DNA of 64,000 bases from Hydrurus foetidus (taxonomy: Eukaryota). Below, piece by piece: positions 32,581 through 41,811 of the stretch. A model generated the notes under the pieces. That model saw only the letters and a program-made list of their open reading frames with translations, had not been told where the DNA came from and ran no database searches. The position numbers and the translations under genes were made by a program. The stretch lies in NCBI GenBank assembly GCA_900617105.1, contig UYFQ01000005.1:62001-126000 (forward strand). Reading direction: 5' to 3'. Position 1 is the first letter of the stretch; the number at the start of each line of letters is the position of its first letter.

Positions 32581-33071
32581 AGCACCCCAATCAACTGGAC
32601 TTCAAACGTCACCGGCTGGCCTGCCAAGGGGTGGTTGAAGTCGAACTGCACCGATTGGCCGTCTTCCCCTTCGCGCACCTGCTGCACGGCCCCGGCGTAA
32701 CTGCCCAAGCCATCAGGCGTCGGGAACTGCACCACATCGCCCACGGCGTACTGCTCGTTCGGGTCGCCCAGTTGCTTGAGGAGCTTGCGCGCCACCCACT
32801 GCACCATGTCGGCATTGCGCGGGCCAAACGCTTCGCCAGCAGGGATGTCAAACGCGGTGCGCGTGCCCTCGGCCAGCCCCAGCAAGCGCTGCTCCACCGC
32901 AGGCGACAACTCCCCCGTGCCCAGCGAGAGCGTGGCAGGTTTACCGCCAAAGGTGTTGATGATCTCGCCCGCCGGGCCAGCAAGACGGTAATGCAGGGTC
33001 AAAAAAGAGCCCTCTATGACAACAGGAGCGGCGGTGGTGGCAGAAGCTGGGAAAGGTACAACGGTAGACAT
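32577..33071 (-). CDS. FKBP-type peptidyl-prolyl isomerase (SlpA/FkpB-like)
   Basis: LTLHYRL...DFNHPLAG; adjacent to ispH. Confidence 0.9.
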   Translation of the reverse strand: MSTVVPFPASATTAAPVVIEGSFLTLHYRLAGPAGEIINTFGGKPATLSLGTGELSPAVEQRLLGLAEGTRTAFDIPAGEAFGPRNADMVQWVARKLLKQLGDPNEQYAVGDVVQFPTPDGLGSYAGAVQQVREGEDGQSVQFDFNHPLAGQPVTFEVQLIGVL

Positions 33072-33114
33072 AAAACTCTCGATAAACTGCCCTCCATTGT
33101 AGAAAGCCCCGCCG

Positions 33115-33583
33115 ATGTTGCTCAAAGACCTTCCCGCTGATGCTCTTCCCCAGGGAAAAATTGCTCGCACGCGGTGCCGGGGCGCTGAGCGACGGTGAGC
33201 TGCTAGCCCTACTGCTGCGCACCGGCATCGTGGGCAAAAGCGTGCTGCACTTGGCCGATGAACTGCTGGCCGACCCCAAAGACAACCCCAACGGTTTTGG
33301 CGGAATCGCCGGTTTGCTCAACGCCAGCATGGCCGACTTGCAGCGCATCAAAGGCATAGGCCCGGCCAAGCAGGCCGAACTGATCGCCGTGCTGGAACTG
33401 GCCCGCCGCGCCCTGGCCCAACAGCTCAAGACCAAAACCATCTTCGCCACGCCCGACGCGGTAACGCAGTACCTGCAACTGCACCTGTCCAACCGCCCCT
33501 ACGAGGTGTTTGCCGTGCTGTTCGTCGATGCCCACAACCGCATGCTGGCGCTAGAAGAGATGTTTCGTGGCAGCCTGACGCAG
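33115..33583 (+). pseudogene. radC: Native 5' half of radC, interrupted and carrying a +1 frameshift near 33150
   Basis: ATG 33115 [11 protein letters not shown], then an extra C before PREKLL...; homology stops at FRGSLTQ; no JAB HNHPSG motif. Confidence 0.9.
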
Positions 33584-33697
33584 CTCAGTGTTACTTTATT
33601 GCGAAAATATTTCGGCTGGTTTCGGCATTTCACAGCTACCCAATCCGAGAGCCAACTTTGGTCGCGGACTCCTTCGTGCCCATAGTGGTCGATCGCG
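33584..33697 (+). repeat. Left-end repeat, copy 1
   Basis: CTCAGTGTTACTTTATTGC...GTGCCCATAGyGGTCGATCGCG, near-identical to 46445-46558. Confidence 0.95.
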
Positions 33698-33987
33698 CGT
33701 ACCGGCTGTTGGACGGGTGTGTCGCGGAAGCTGCCAGGCACGAAAAGCCGCTTTAAGGAAGTCTGAAAAAGTAATCCGTTACGCCATCGACAACGCGAAT
33801 GTGGCAGTGGGCGTTTTTATCGAGCTGGTGGCCTAGCCGGTGGATGAAGGCGACCATACAAATGTGTCGCACCATTTCTCCTTTATCCAAGGATATGGCA
33901 CCAATAGAAAATTGAATGGCATGAAGTGCAAATGGAATTTTGGCGTGTAATTCCTATGATTCTCAGCACGAACCACGAGGAGACTTC

Positions 33988-34530
33988 ATGCCACCATCCG
34001 AAGTATTGGCCCGACACAGCATTCCGGGCTCGGTCGCGCTCGCGGCCTTGCAGCGTAACCGCATCGATCATGTTGTAACTGTGCCAGACTGGGTGCAACT
34101 CGCCTTGCATGACCGGCTCAACCAAGGCGTTGACGGTATTCGCGTCGTCTCCTGCGCCAACGAAAACCAGGTTGTCACCGTGGCTGCGGGTCTCACTATC
34201 GGCGGCAAGCGCCCGCTGGTGATGATGCAAAACCAGGGCCTATACAACTGCCTCAACACGCTGCGCGCCGTAAACCTCGACGCGCACATCCCCATGGTGT
34301 ACCTCGTAGGCCAGTTCGGCCGCGAGTTCGACAACCTGGGCCAGCCAGCCACCACCTCCGGGCGCACCATGGTACGCATCGCGGAGCCCCTGCTGGCCTC
34401 CATTGGCGTGCCTTTTTATGTGCTCGACAGTGAGGCCGACATGGCCATGCTGGACGAGGCGTTCGAGCGGGCCGAGCGCGAACGCACGGCCGTGGTGCTA
34501 CTGGTATCTGCCCCGATGGCATGGCGCTGA
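33988..34530 (+). CDS. ThDP-dependent decarboxylase alpha subunit (sulfo-/phosphonopyruvate decarboxylase-like)
   Basis: VVTVPD, CANE...AAG...G.RPLVMMQNQGLYN. Confidence 0.8.
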   Translation: MPPSEVLARHSIPGSVALAALQRNRIDHVVTVPDWVQLALHDRLNQGVDGIRVVSCANENQVVTVAAGLTIGGKRPLVMMQNQGLYNCLNTLRAVNLDAHIPMVYLVGQFGREFDNLGQPATTSGRTMVRIAEPLLASIGVPFYVLDSEADMAMLDEAFERAERERTAVVLLVSAPMAWR

Positions 34531-34544
34531 AAGGAGACAAAGAA

Positions 34545-35270
34545 ATGACTATGAATGCAGTGCAAGCGTGTGGAGTAGTAGCCAAGAACAAGGGCGATGG
34601 CATCGTTGTCGCCACCATGGGGGCAATGTTCGTACTCGACTTCATAGAAGGTTCGGATGGCAAAGCCAGCGGTGTGCCGCTGCTGGGTGGCAAGCTGGGA
34701 CTGGCCCTGGGTATCGGCGTGGGCAAGCTCAAGACGCTGGTAAATGAGGAGCACGCCAAGGCCTGGCGCAATTCGTCACAGCAGCGCATCAACTCCGTAC
34801 CGCTCATGGGCGGCGCCGCAGGCCTAGGTCTGGGGCTGGCATTAGCGCGGCCGGACAAGCATGTGACCGTCATTGACGGCGACGCCAGCCTTTTGATGGA
34901 GCTGGGCAGCCTGGCCACGGTGTCGCAACTCCGTCCACGCCATTTCTTGCACTGCGTCCTGCACAACGGCACCCAGTTCACCGGGCTGAACAACATGGAT
35001 CTGATGCACGACGCCTTCCGCTTTGCCGATGTTGCGCGTGCGGCGGGCTATGTGCATGCAGAGCGCATTGGCGATGCCGCCGATTGGGCGCGTCGCTACC
35101 CAGAGCTGCTCAAGATCGAAGGCCCGGTGTTTGTGGAGTTGATGGTCGACCCTGTACCGGGCAAGACCAAGGAGGGTTTTGAGCAGGAGGAGCTGCCACC
35201 AAACCAGTACACCCGCATGGGCGATGAAGCCATTACCTTGCAAAACTGGCTGGCTGCGGAGGCCGTATGA
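34545..35270 (+). CDS. ThDP-dependent decarboxylase beta subunit
   Basis: MG...GLGLALARPD..VIDGDASLLMELG...N ThDP-binding motif. Confidence 0.8.
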   Translation: MTMNAVQACGVVAKNKGDGIVVATMGAMFVLDFIEGSDGKASGVPLLGGKLGLALGIGVGKLKTLVNEEHAKAWRNSSQQRINSVPLMGGAAGLGLGLALARPDKHVTVIDGDASLLMELGSLATVSQLRPRHFLHCVLHNGTQFTGLNNMDLMHDAFRFADVARAAGYVHAERIGDAADWARRYPELLKIEGPVFVELMVDPVPGKTKEGFEQEELPPNQYTRMGDEAITLQNWLAAEAV

Positions 35271-36889
35271 CCCTGAAAACCGACACCTTTGACTACATCG
35301 TGGTGGGTGCGGGCTCGGCCGGTGCGGCGGCGGCGGCGCGCCTGTCGGAAGACGGGCGTCACACCGTGCTGCTGCTGGAGGCCGGCCCGGCCGACCGCAA
35401 TCTGTGGACCCGAATCCCCATCGGTGTGGCCGAACTGCTGGGTCGTGGCATCTACATCCGTGACTTCCACACCGGGCCGGATGCCCAAATGAGCGGACGC
35501 CGCATCTACTGGCCGCGCGGCTGGGTGGTGGGTGGTTCTTCCACAGTGAACGGCCTGCAGTGGGTGCATGGCACACCGCACCTGTTTGACGAGTGGGCGG
35601 CAGACGGTTGCCCGGGTTGGGCCTATGCGGACCTGAAGCCCTGGTTTCGCCGCATCGAAAAATACAGCGGCGGTGGTAACGATTTCCGTGGCGACAGTGG
35701 CCCCATTGATGTGACGGAATTCAAGCCCATCGACCCGCTGGCCGATGCCTTTCTCGACGCGCTCGGTGTCAGTGGCGTGGGCCAGCGTGTGCAGGACTAC
35801 AACGCGGGTGGCTTGGGCGGTAGTTACATGCAGTACAACACCCGCAAGGGCGTGCGCTGCAACACCCGCATGGCCTACCTGGACCCGGCGCGCGGACGTC
35901 AGAACCTGACGCTGTGCACAGGTGCACTGGCCTCGCGTGTGCTGCTCCAGGGCAAGCGCGCCCTGGGCGTGCAAGTGGTTTTGGACGGGCGCGAGCTGCA
36001 GTTCAAGGCAAGGCAGGAGGTGATACTGTGTGGTGGTTCGTTCAATTCGTCGCAGTTGCTGGAGCTGTCGGGTATTGGCCGACGCGAGGTGCTTGCGGGA
36101 GCAGGTGTTCCACTGGTACACGAGCTGCCGCTGGTGGGGGAGAACCTCTCCGAGCACGTTTACAGCCCGCTGGTCTATCGCGCCAATCCCGGCGTGAGCT
36201 GGAACCAAAGCTTGACCAGTCCGCTGGGTCAGGTGCGCTACGGGCTGCGCTACCTGCTGCGGCGTGACGGGGCCCTGTCGTCCAACACTATTTCAGCACA
36301 TGCGTTTGTTCCGGCGCAGGCCGGTGGCGACAAGGCCGACGTCAAGCTGCAGATCCAGCAGGTGTCGGCCTCGAACAACCGCTCAAAGGGCAAGATGAAG
36401 CCGGACGACTTTCAAGGGGTCACGGTTGCATCCTTCCAGATCCGGCCCTGGTCGCGCGGCTCCAGCCACATCACCAGCGCCGACCCGATGGCCGACCCGC
36501 GCATGGTGTCGAACCACTTCACCGACCCGCGCGACATGCAGGCCTGCATTGCGGCTCTGCACATGTCGCGCCGCCTGGCAGGCGCCGGGCCCCTGGCTCG
36601 CTGGCTGGATGCGGAAGTGCGCCCAGGCCCTGCCGCTGCCAGTGACGAGGCCCTGGTGAGCTATCTGCGTGCCACCGGTGCCACGGCCTACCACCCGGTA
36701 GGTACCTGCCGCATGGGCACCGACGCGGCCCAGTCCGTGGTGGACCCGCAGCTGCGAGTGCACGGCATTGCTGGCCTGCGTGTGGCAGATTGCGCTGTCA
36801 TGCCCACCATTGCCGCTACCAACACCAACGCCATTGCCACCGTGATCGGTGAGCGCGTGGCAGATTTCATCTTGAAAAACCCCGATTAA
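35267..36889 (+). CDS. GMC oxidoreductase
   Basis: DYIVVGAGSAG, GGSSTVNG, YHPVGTCRMG, TNTNA. Confidence 0.95.
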   Translation: MTLKTDTFDYIVVGAGSAGAAAAARLSEDGRHTVLLLEAGPADRNLWTRIPIGVAELLGRGIYIRDFHTGPDAQMSGRRIYWPRGWVVGGSSTVNGLQWVHGTPHLFDEWAADGCPGWAYADLKPWFRRIEKYSGGGNDFRGDSGPIDVTEFKPIDPLADAFLDALGVSGVGQRVQDYNAGGLGGSYMQYNTRKGVRCNTRMAYLDPARGRQNLTLCTGALASRVLLQGKRALGVQVVLDGRELQFKARQEVILCGGSFNSSQLLELSGIGRREVLAGAGVPLVHELPLVGENLSEHVYSPLVYRANPGVSWNQSLTSPLGQVRYGLRYLLRRDGALSSNTISAHAFVPAQAGGDKADVKLQIQQVSASNNRSKGKMKPDDFQGVTVASFQIRPWSRGSSHITSADPMADPRMVSNHFTDPRDMQACIAALHMSRRLAGAGPLARWLDAEVRPGPAAASDEALVSYLRATGATAYHPVGTCRMGTDAAQSVVDPQLRVHGIAGLRVADCAVMPTIAATNTNAIATVIGERVADFILKNPD

Positions 36890-36901
36890 GTGGAACGCAC
36901 T

Positions 36902-38011
36902 ATGGCATCGACAGACGAACTGACACTCGCGTCCTGCGACCAGGCAATTGCGCGCACCCTGAAGTGGGCGAATAAGGAGATGTTGGTTGCGGATCTCGAA
37001 GATCCGCGCTTCGTCGCGTTAGGCTTGTACAAAGGTCTCACTGCGTTTCATTCCGCCGCCATGGCAGTGCCGACAAAGAACCTGCTGGATGCTCTGCGGC
37101 GCAGCAAGGCTGTAACAGGAGAATTTCATCCGTCGCAGGAACCGACCGCTTTCGGCGCATTGTTGCAACACTCGTCCCATAGGGGTTCCAACCTCTACGC
37201 ATACGCATTCAACAAACCTTTAGATCTGGCGCGAACCTATCGCAACGCGTGGTTTTGCTGGGGTGCACATCTGGCTGGAGCTCACGCCCTCAGCAAGGCT
37301 GGATTGAACGGGCTTGAGACGGCATTGCACGCAACCATTGGCGCAGCACACCACACCAATGCAGTACCTGTCGACGAGCGAATTTACGACCTGGGTACCA
37401 ATGCCAGCGTTGCGAACGCCCTTCTGATGTGCGGACGAGTCGAAGCCGCCGTTCGGGTTGGTGAATTCATGAAACGACTGGTTATGGGGCAGAGCGCGGG
37501 CGCGACCCAGATTGTGTTGGCCTTGGACGCGCAGGGGCGCCCACTCCAACCCGAGCAGTTGAGCGAAAAGGTTGCAAAGAGGTTGTACTTTTTCAGCACC
37601 GGCAACACCGATCAGGTGTATTGGCTGTTGGGGTTTGCGATCAAGGTGTTTGCGTCACTGCACAAGGTCACCAGCAATTCAGAATGGCTCACCCCGGCGC
37701 AAAGAATTCTTGTCTGGCTCAATCACTGCCCAGAGGACTATGTTCACAACATTACCAGTGCCAAAGTGGGATGGGGGGCGGCGGAAATGTTTGCGCAGAC
37801 GGGTGACAAAGTCTGGCGCGACTTGGCCATTCGGATCACCCACTCCATCGTGACCATGCAGTCCAAAAATGGAATTTGGATCCGCCCGGACTTTTCGGGC
37901 CTGGTGCCACAACCGCTGCTGGTTTCTATGGACACTTCGATTGAGCGGATGTTTTACCTGCGTGAAGTGCCACTAGCCCTTTCCGCAGGTGCGGCTCCAC
38001 TATTGGAATGA
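36902..38011 (+). CDS. Hypothetical protein
   Basis: Long ORF within the operon, ATGA-coupled to the next gene; no motif recognised. Confidence 0.7.
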   Translation: MASTDELTLASCDQAIARTLKWANKEMLVADLEDPRFVALGLYKGLTAFHSAAMAVPTKNLLDALRRSKAVTGEFHPSQEPTAFGALLQHSSHRGSNLYAYAFNKPLDLARTYRNAWFCWGAHLAGAHALSKAGLNGLETALHATIGAAHHTNAVPVDERIYDLGTNASVANALLMCGRVEAAVRVGEFMKRLVMGQSAGATQIVLALDAQGRPLQPEQLSEKVAKRLYFFSTGNTDQVYWLLGFAIKVFASLHKVTSNSEWLTPAQRILVWLNHCPEDYVHNITSAKVGWGAAEMFAQTGDKVWRDLAIRITHSIVTMQSKNGIWIRPDFSGLVPQPLLVSMDTSIERMFYLREVPLALSAGAAPLLE

Positions 38012-38769
38012 GTTCCATGTTTTCATCGCCTGAGAAAATTATTTACATCACCAGCATCTTCTTGTTGGCAGGTGCAGTCAAGGGAGTCGTCGGCATGGGC
38101 CTGCCCGTCGTAGCGATGGGGGCACTGGCATTGATCATGCCTTCGGTTGAAGCCGCGGTACTTTTGATTGTGCCGTCGCTGGTTACCAATATATGGCAGT
38201 TTGCATCAGGGCCATCTATTCGCAGGATTACTGTCCGACTGGCTTGGATGATGGTGTTTGTTTGTGTTGGAACTGCCTTTGGCATTCAACTGCTCACGCA
38301 AAAAAATGCGACCTGGCCATCCGTCGCACTGGGTTCTGTGCTGGTCCTCTACGCCCTGTCAGGTCTGGTGTTCCCAGCATTTGCCATTTCGAGTCGCCTG
38401 GAGCCACGCCTGTCCCCCCTCGTCGGACTCATAACGGGCTTATTAACCGGAGCCACCGGCGTTTTTGCAGTTCCCGCTGTACCTTATTTGAGTGCCTTGG
38501 GTTTGTCCAAAGACGATCTGATTCAGGCCTTGGGGCTCTCGTTCACCGTGTCCACGATCGCACTCGCGGGGAGTCTAAGCGCTTCCGGAAATATGTCTGA
38601 GCCCCTGATTTTGCTCTCTGTCTTGGCATTGGTGCCTGCCGTGGGAGGGATGTTTTTGGGAGCCGTACTGCGCGAGCGTCTACACCCCATTGCGTTTCGT
38701 CGCTGGTTCCTTATTTCCATGATTTTGGTGGGTGGCTATATGGCACTGAAAGGCTTGGCAGGACAGTGA
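38008..38769 (+). CDS. TauE/SafE (TSUP) family transporter
   Basis: AGAVKGVVGMGLP, PSLVTNIWQ, about 8 TM segments. Confidence 0.85.
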   Translation: MSSMFSSPEKIIYITSIFLLAGAVKGVVGMGLPVVAMGALALIMPSVEAAVLLIVPSLVTNIWQFASGPSIRRITVRLAWMMVFVCVGTAFGIQLLTQKNATWPSVALGSVLVLYALSGLVFPAFAISSRLEPRLSPLVGLITGLLTGATGVFAVPAVPYLSALGLSKDDLIQALGLSFTVSTIALAGSLSASGNMSEPLILLSVLALVPAVGGMFLGAVLRERLHPIAFRRWFLISMILVGGYMALKGLAGQ

Positions 38770-38823
38770 AGAGGACTTTGTGCTCGGTTGGAAATGCACT
38801 GATATTTTGAGGAGATCGTTGAA

Positions 38824-38955
38824 ATGAAGAACAACTTGATTGCGCGAATTGCCCTATTTGCGTTGGTAACTGGATTCACCCTGGTGCAAGCTCAGTCAAT
38901 CAGACCGCCCAACATCGACCACTTGGCCCGCGAGGGCATGACCATCAACGACTGC
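38824..38955 (+). pseudogene. Arylsulfatase N-terminal relic
   Basis: Signal peptide followed by PNIDHLAREGMTIND (compare the sulfatase motif TPNIDRLAREG). Confidence 0.55.
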
Positions 38956-38982
38956 CCGCATGCGGTTGAATTTCCTATCCGT

Positions 38983-39044
38983 ACGCCATTGCCACCTTGA
39001 TCGGTGAGCGCGTGGCGCATTTTATTCAGCAAGACCAGCACTAA
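38983..39044 (+). pseudogene. Second copy of a GMC oxidoreductase 3' tail
   Basis: AIATLIGERVAHFIQQDQH* versus AIATVIGERVADFILKNPD* at 36828-36889. Confidence 0.85.
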
Positions 39045-39066
39045 TCAGCCTACCAGGAGACACTTC

Positions 39067-40347
39067 ATGGCTTCCCCCGCTTCTGCAAACGTACCTGCCA
39101 ACCGCGAGAACGCGGATGACTACCTCTACAGCAGGGGACAGGCCCGCTGGGCGCTGTTTGTACTGTCGATGCTAATGGCGTTTGACTTCATCGACCGCCA
39201 GATCATTTCTTCGCTGATGCCCGCGATCAAGGCCGAGTGGAACTTGAGCGACACCGAACTGGGTGCCCTGGTCACGGCAGTGAATGTGGCCATTGCCGTG
39301 CTGGCCCTGCCGGTCTCTCTGTGGGCGGATCGCTGGAGCCGCACCAAAAGTGCGGGCATCATGGCCACACTGTGGTGTATGGCCACGGCAGCTTGCGCCC
39401 TGGCGACCAACTACGTGCAGTTGCTGGTGGCGCGTTTTGTCATCGGGGTGGGCGAAGCGGGCTACACCGCACCGGGCAATAGCCTGATAGCGGCACACTA
39501 CCCCAAGAGCAAGCGCGCCCTGATGATTGGCATCTTCCAGGCGGCCGGACCGGTGGGTTCCATTGTGGGCGTGGTGCTGGGCGGCTTCATTGGGGCCAAG
39601 TGGGGTTGGCGCTACGCCTTTGGCGTGGTGGCGGCACCGGGCCTGCTGTTTGCCCTGCTGATGTTCTTTGTGAAGGACTACCCCAATGCCCCAGTGCCGG
39701 TGCAGGGTGCCCAGTCCGGCTCGAACTGGCGCGATACAGTGAAGCCGCTGTTTGGCCGGCCCGTGCTGTGGCTGGTGCTGTTAGGCAGCGCTGTCCAGTG
39801 GTTTGCCATCTCCACGTTGCTGAACTGGCTGCCGAGTTTTTTCAACCGCGTCTACGAGTTGCCGCTGGACAAGGCGGGCGCACGCACGGGCCTGTTCGTT
39901 CTGATTTCCACCATCGGTCTGGTGGTGGGTGGGTGGCTTACGGACAAGGCGGCCAAGAGTCCTTCCACACGGTTGCTGCTGCCAGCCTTGTTTGCGGCGG
40001 TCACCGGCGTTCTGGGTGTAGCTGCGTTTTCCCAGGGGCCGGGTACCCTGCAACTAGTGCTTCTATATGCCTCCGCTTTTCTGACGGTAGCCATTCTCAC
40101 CCCCGTCATCACGGCCCTACAGGACATGGTGCCTCAGTCGCTGAGCTCGGCGTCCACAGGCGCGATGGTGATGTGCAACAACCTCTTTGGCATGGCACTG
40201 GGCCCGCTGGTGCTGGGCATGCTGTCGGACCGCTTCGGCCTGCAGCAGGGCCTGCTGATCATCTCCTTCGTGCCTTTTGTGGCTATGCTGGCCTTCCTCG
40301 CGGCGCGTACGATACTTGTGCGTGAGCTATCAGCCGCGCGCGCCTAA
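39067..40347 (+). CDS. MFS transporter (spinster-like)
   Basis: DFIDRQ, ADRWSR, RFVIGVGEA; about 12 TM segments. Confidence 0.92.
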   Translation: MASPASANVPANRENADDYLYSRGQARWALFVLSMLMAFDFIDRQIISSLMPAIKAEWNLSDTELGALVTAVNVAIAVLALPVSLWADRWSRTKSAGIMATLWCMATAACALATNYVQLLVARFVIGVGEAGYTAPGNSLIAAHYPKSKRALMIGIFQAAGPVGSIVGVVLGGFIGAKWGWRYAFGVVAAPGLLFALLMFFVKDYPNAPVPVQGAQSGSNWRDTVKPLFGRPVLWLVLLGSAVQWFAISTLLNWLPSFFNRVYELPLDKAGARTGLFVLISTIGLVVGGWLTDKAAKSPSTRLLLPALFAAVTGVLGVAAFSQGPGTLQLVLLYASAFLTVAILTPVITALQDMVPQSLSSASTGAMVMCNNLFGMALGPLVLGMLSDRFGLQQGLLIISFVPFVAMLAFLAARTILVRELSAARA

Positions 40348-41363
40348 CCAGCGTCGCGCAAGGCCCCCGGCGTGGTGCCGAACCAGCGTTGGCAAGCGCG
40401 AATGAAGCTGCTCTGGTCTTCGTAACCCACCAAGGTGTGAATCTGCCCCAGTGGCAGTGCACCGAGCGTAATGAGTTCATGGGCGCGCAGGCGGCGCGCG
40501 GTGTCGACGATGTCACCAAAATCGCTGCCCTGCTGCTTGAGTCTTCGTTGCAATGTGCGCACCGACATGTTGAGCAAAGGTGCCACATCAGGCAGGCCAA
40601 AGGAGCCGACAGTCAGTTTGCGCGACACCAGCGCATCGACCTGTTTAGCCAAATCCAGCGGGAAGCGACGCATTTCGTGATCCACAAAACGCTTGGCCGC
40701 CTGCGCCAGCTGAGGCTGGGAGTTGTTAATGGGACGATCCAGCAGAGCGCTGGGGATGATCAGCGCATTGCGGGCTTGCCCCAGCAGGACCTTGCAACCC
40801 AAGTGTCGCCTGTATTGGGCAGTCGTCAGTCCCCGAAAGTGCGTCAGGTGTGCCTGCCAACTCTTCCCTGTCTCCGCGCTGAGGTCTCGCAGGAAATGCA
40901 CTGCCACGCCCAGGATCAGTTCGTTGTTTTGTCGGCGGGGGCAGTTCTCGGGCAAGTTGGAGTCGAACAGCAAGCGCGCGGTGGGGCTGCCTTCATCCAC
41001 TTCCAGGGACAGCATGTTGTCGGTCGTGTGGTAAGGGAAATGGCGGATGACGGCCTGCACCGCATCCCTTACGGTAGCCGCATGGTTGGCCATGAGAGCG
41101 ATGGGGCCGAGCACGCCGGTGTATTGCAATTTGGCCAGCCTAAGGCCAAAGTCAGGTGCGTCAAGCGCGCGAACCGCAAGTTCGTAGAGCTGGATAACCT
41201 TGGTGTGGTCCAGCGTGGCATCGGGTTGCAGGAGTATGCCGGAGTCAAGGCCCACCTGTTGCAGCAGCGCATCCGCCGGCCCCCCAAACTGCCCCACCAG
41301 TTCCGAAAAACCGGTTAGCGCTCGGGCTCGCACTTGGTAATGGGGCAATGAAGACGGACTCAT
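40344..41363 (-). CDS. AraC-family regulator
   Basis: MSVRTLQRRL...GYEDQSSFIRACQRWFGTTP. Confidence 0.92.
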   Translation of the reverse strand: MSPSSLPHYQVRARALTGFSELVGQFGGPADALLQQVGLDSGILLQPDATLDHTKVIQLYELAVRALDAPDFGLRLAKLQYTGVLGPIALMANHAATVRDAVQAVIRHFPYHTTDNMLSLEVDEGSPTARLLFDSNLPENCPRRQNNELILGVAVHFLRDLSAETGKSWQAHLTHFRGLTTAQYRRHLGCKVLLGQARNALIIPSALLDRPINNSQPQLAQAAKRFVDHEMRRFPLDLAKQVDALVSRKLTVGSFGLPDVAPLLNMSVRTLQRRLKQQGSDFGDIVDTARRLRAHELITLGALPLGQIHTLVGYEDQSSFIRACQRWFGTTPGALRDAG

Positions 41364-41508
41364 CGCAGAAGCAGGCTAGTTGGCATAAACTGCAAATATT
41401 TTGACACGAATTGATAAAGCGTACGCGTGTCACTCCGGCATAAAAAAGGGCCCGGAGCCCCGACGGAATATTCGCGGAAGGCTAATGAATTTGAAGCATT
41501 TTTCTGCT

Positions 41509-41652
41509 CACATCTGCGCCCATCTAGATTACAAGGGCGATCTCTCCGATCATGGCACCGCCTAGGATCTTGCCGTGTCCGTGCGCTTCGGGGCTGTCGT
41601 CGAACTGCAGATTGGTCACGCCTTTGTCGCGGCCAACGGCAATCGCACGGCC
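41509..41652 (-). pseudogene. lpdA: lpdA (dihydrolipoamide dehydrogenase) internal fragment A
   Basis: GRAIAVGRDKGVTNLQFDDSPEAHGHGKILGG..MIGEIALVI*MGADV. Confidence 0.8.
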
Positions 41653-41811
41653 TGCTGCTTGGCCCCACGCGAGTCGCTGGTCTGCGCGGTGCCTTGTTTG
41701 GCGTAGCGGCCCCCCCAGTCTGCACCCCTCGTGCGCTAGCGCTGAAATGCATCGTGCGGCCGCAACTTGTGGGTCGGACCCTACAACCACGGTATGTAGC
41801 CTAGCCGGATT

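Noticed and set aside
33584..33685. LSVTLL...RTPSCP tail as a real RadC C-terminal domain
   Set aside because: It is read-through into the left-end repeat; the JAB motif is missing
33880..33960. Sigma54 promoter for cargo 1
   Set aside because: Several TGGC motifs are present but none has a correctly spaced -12 TGC
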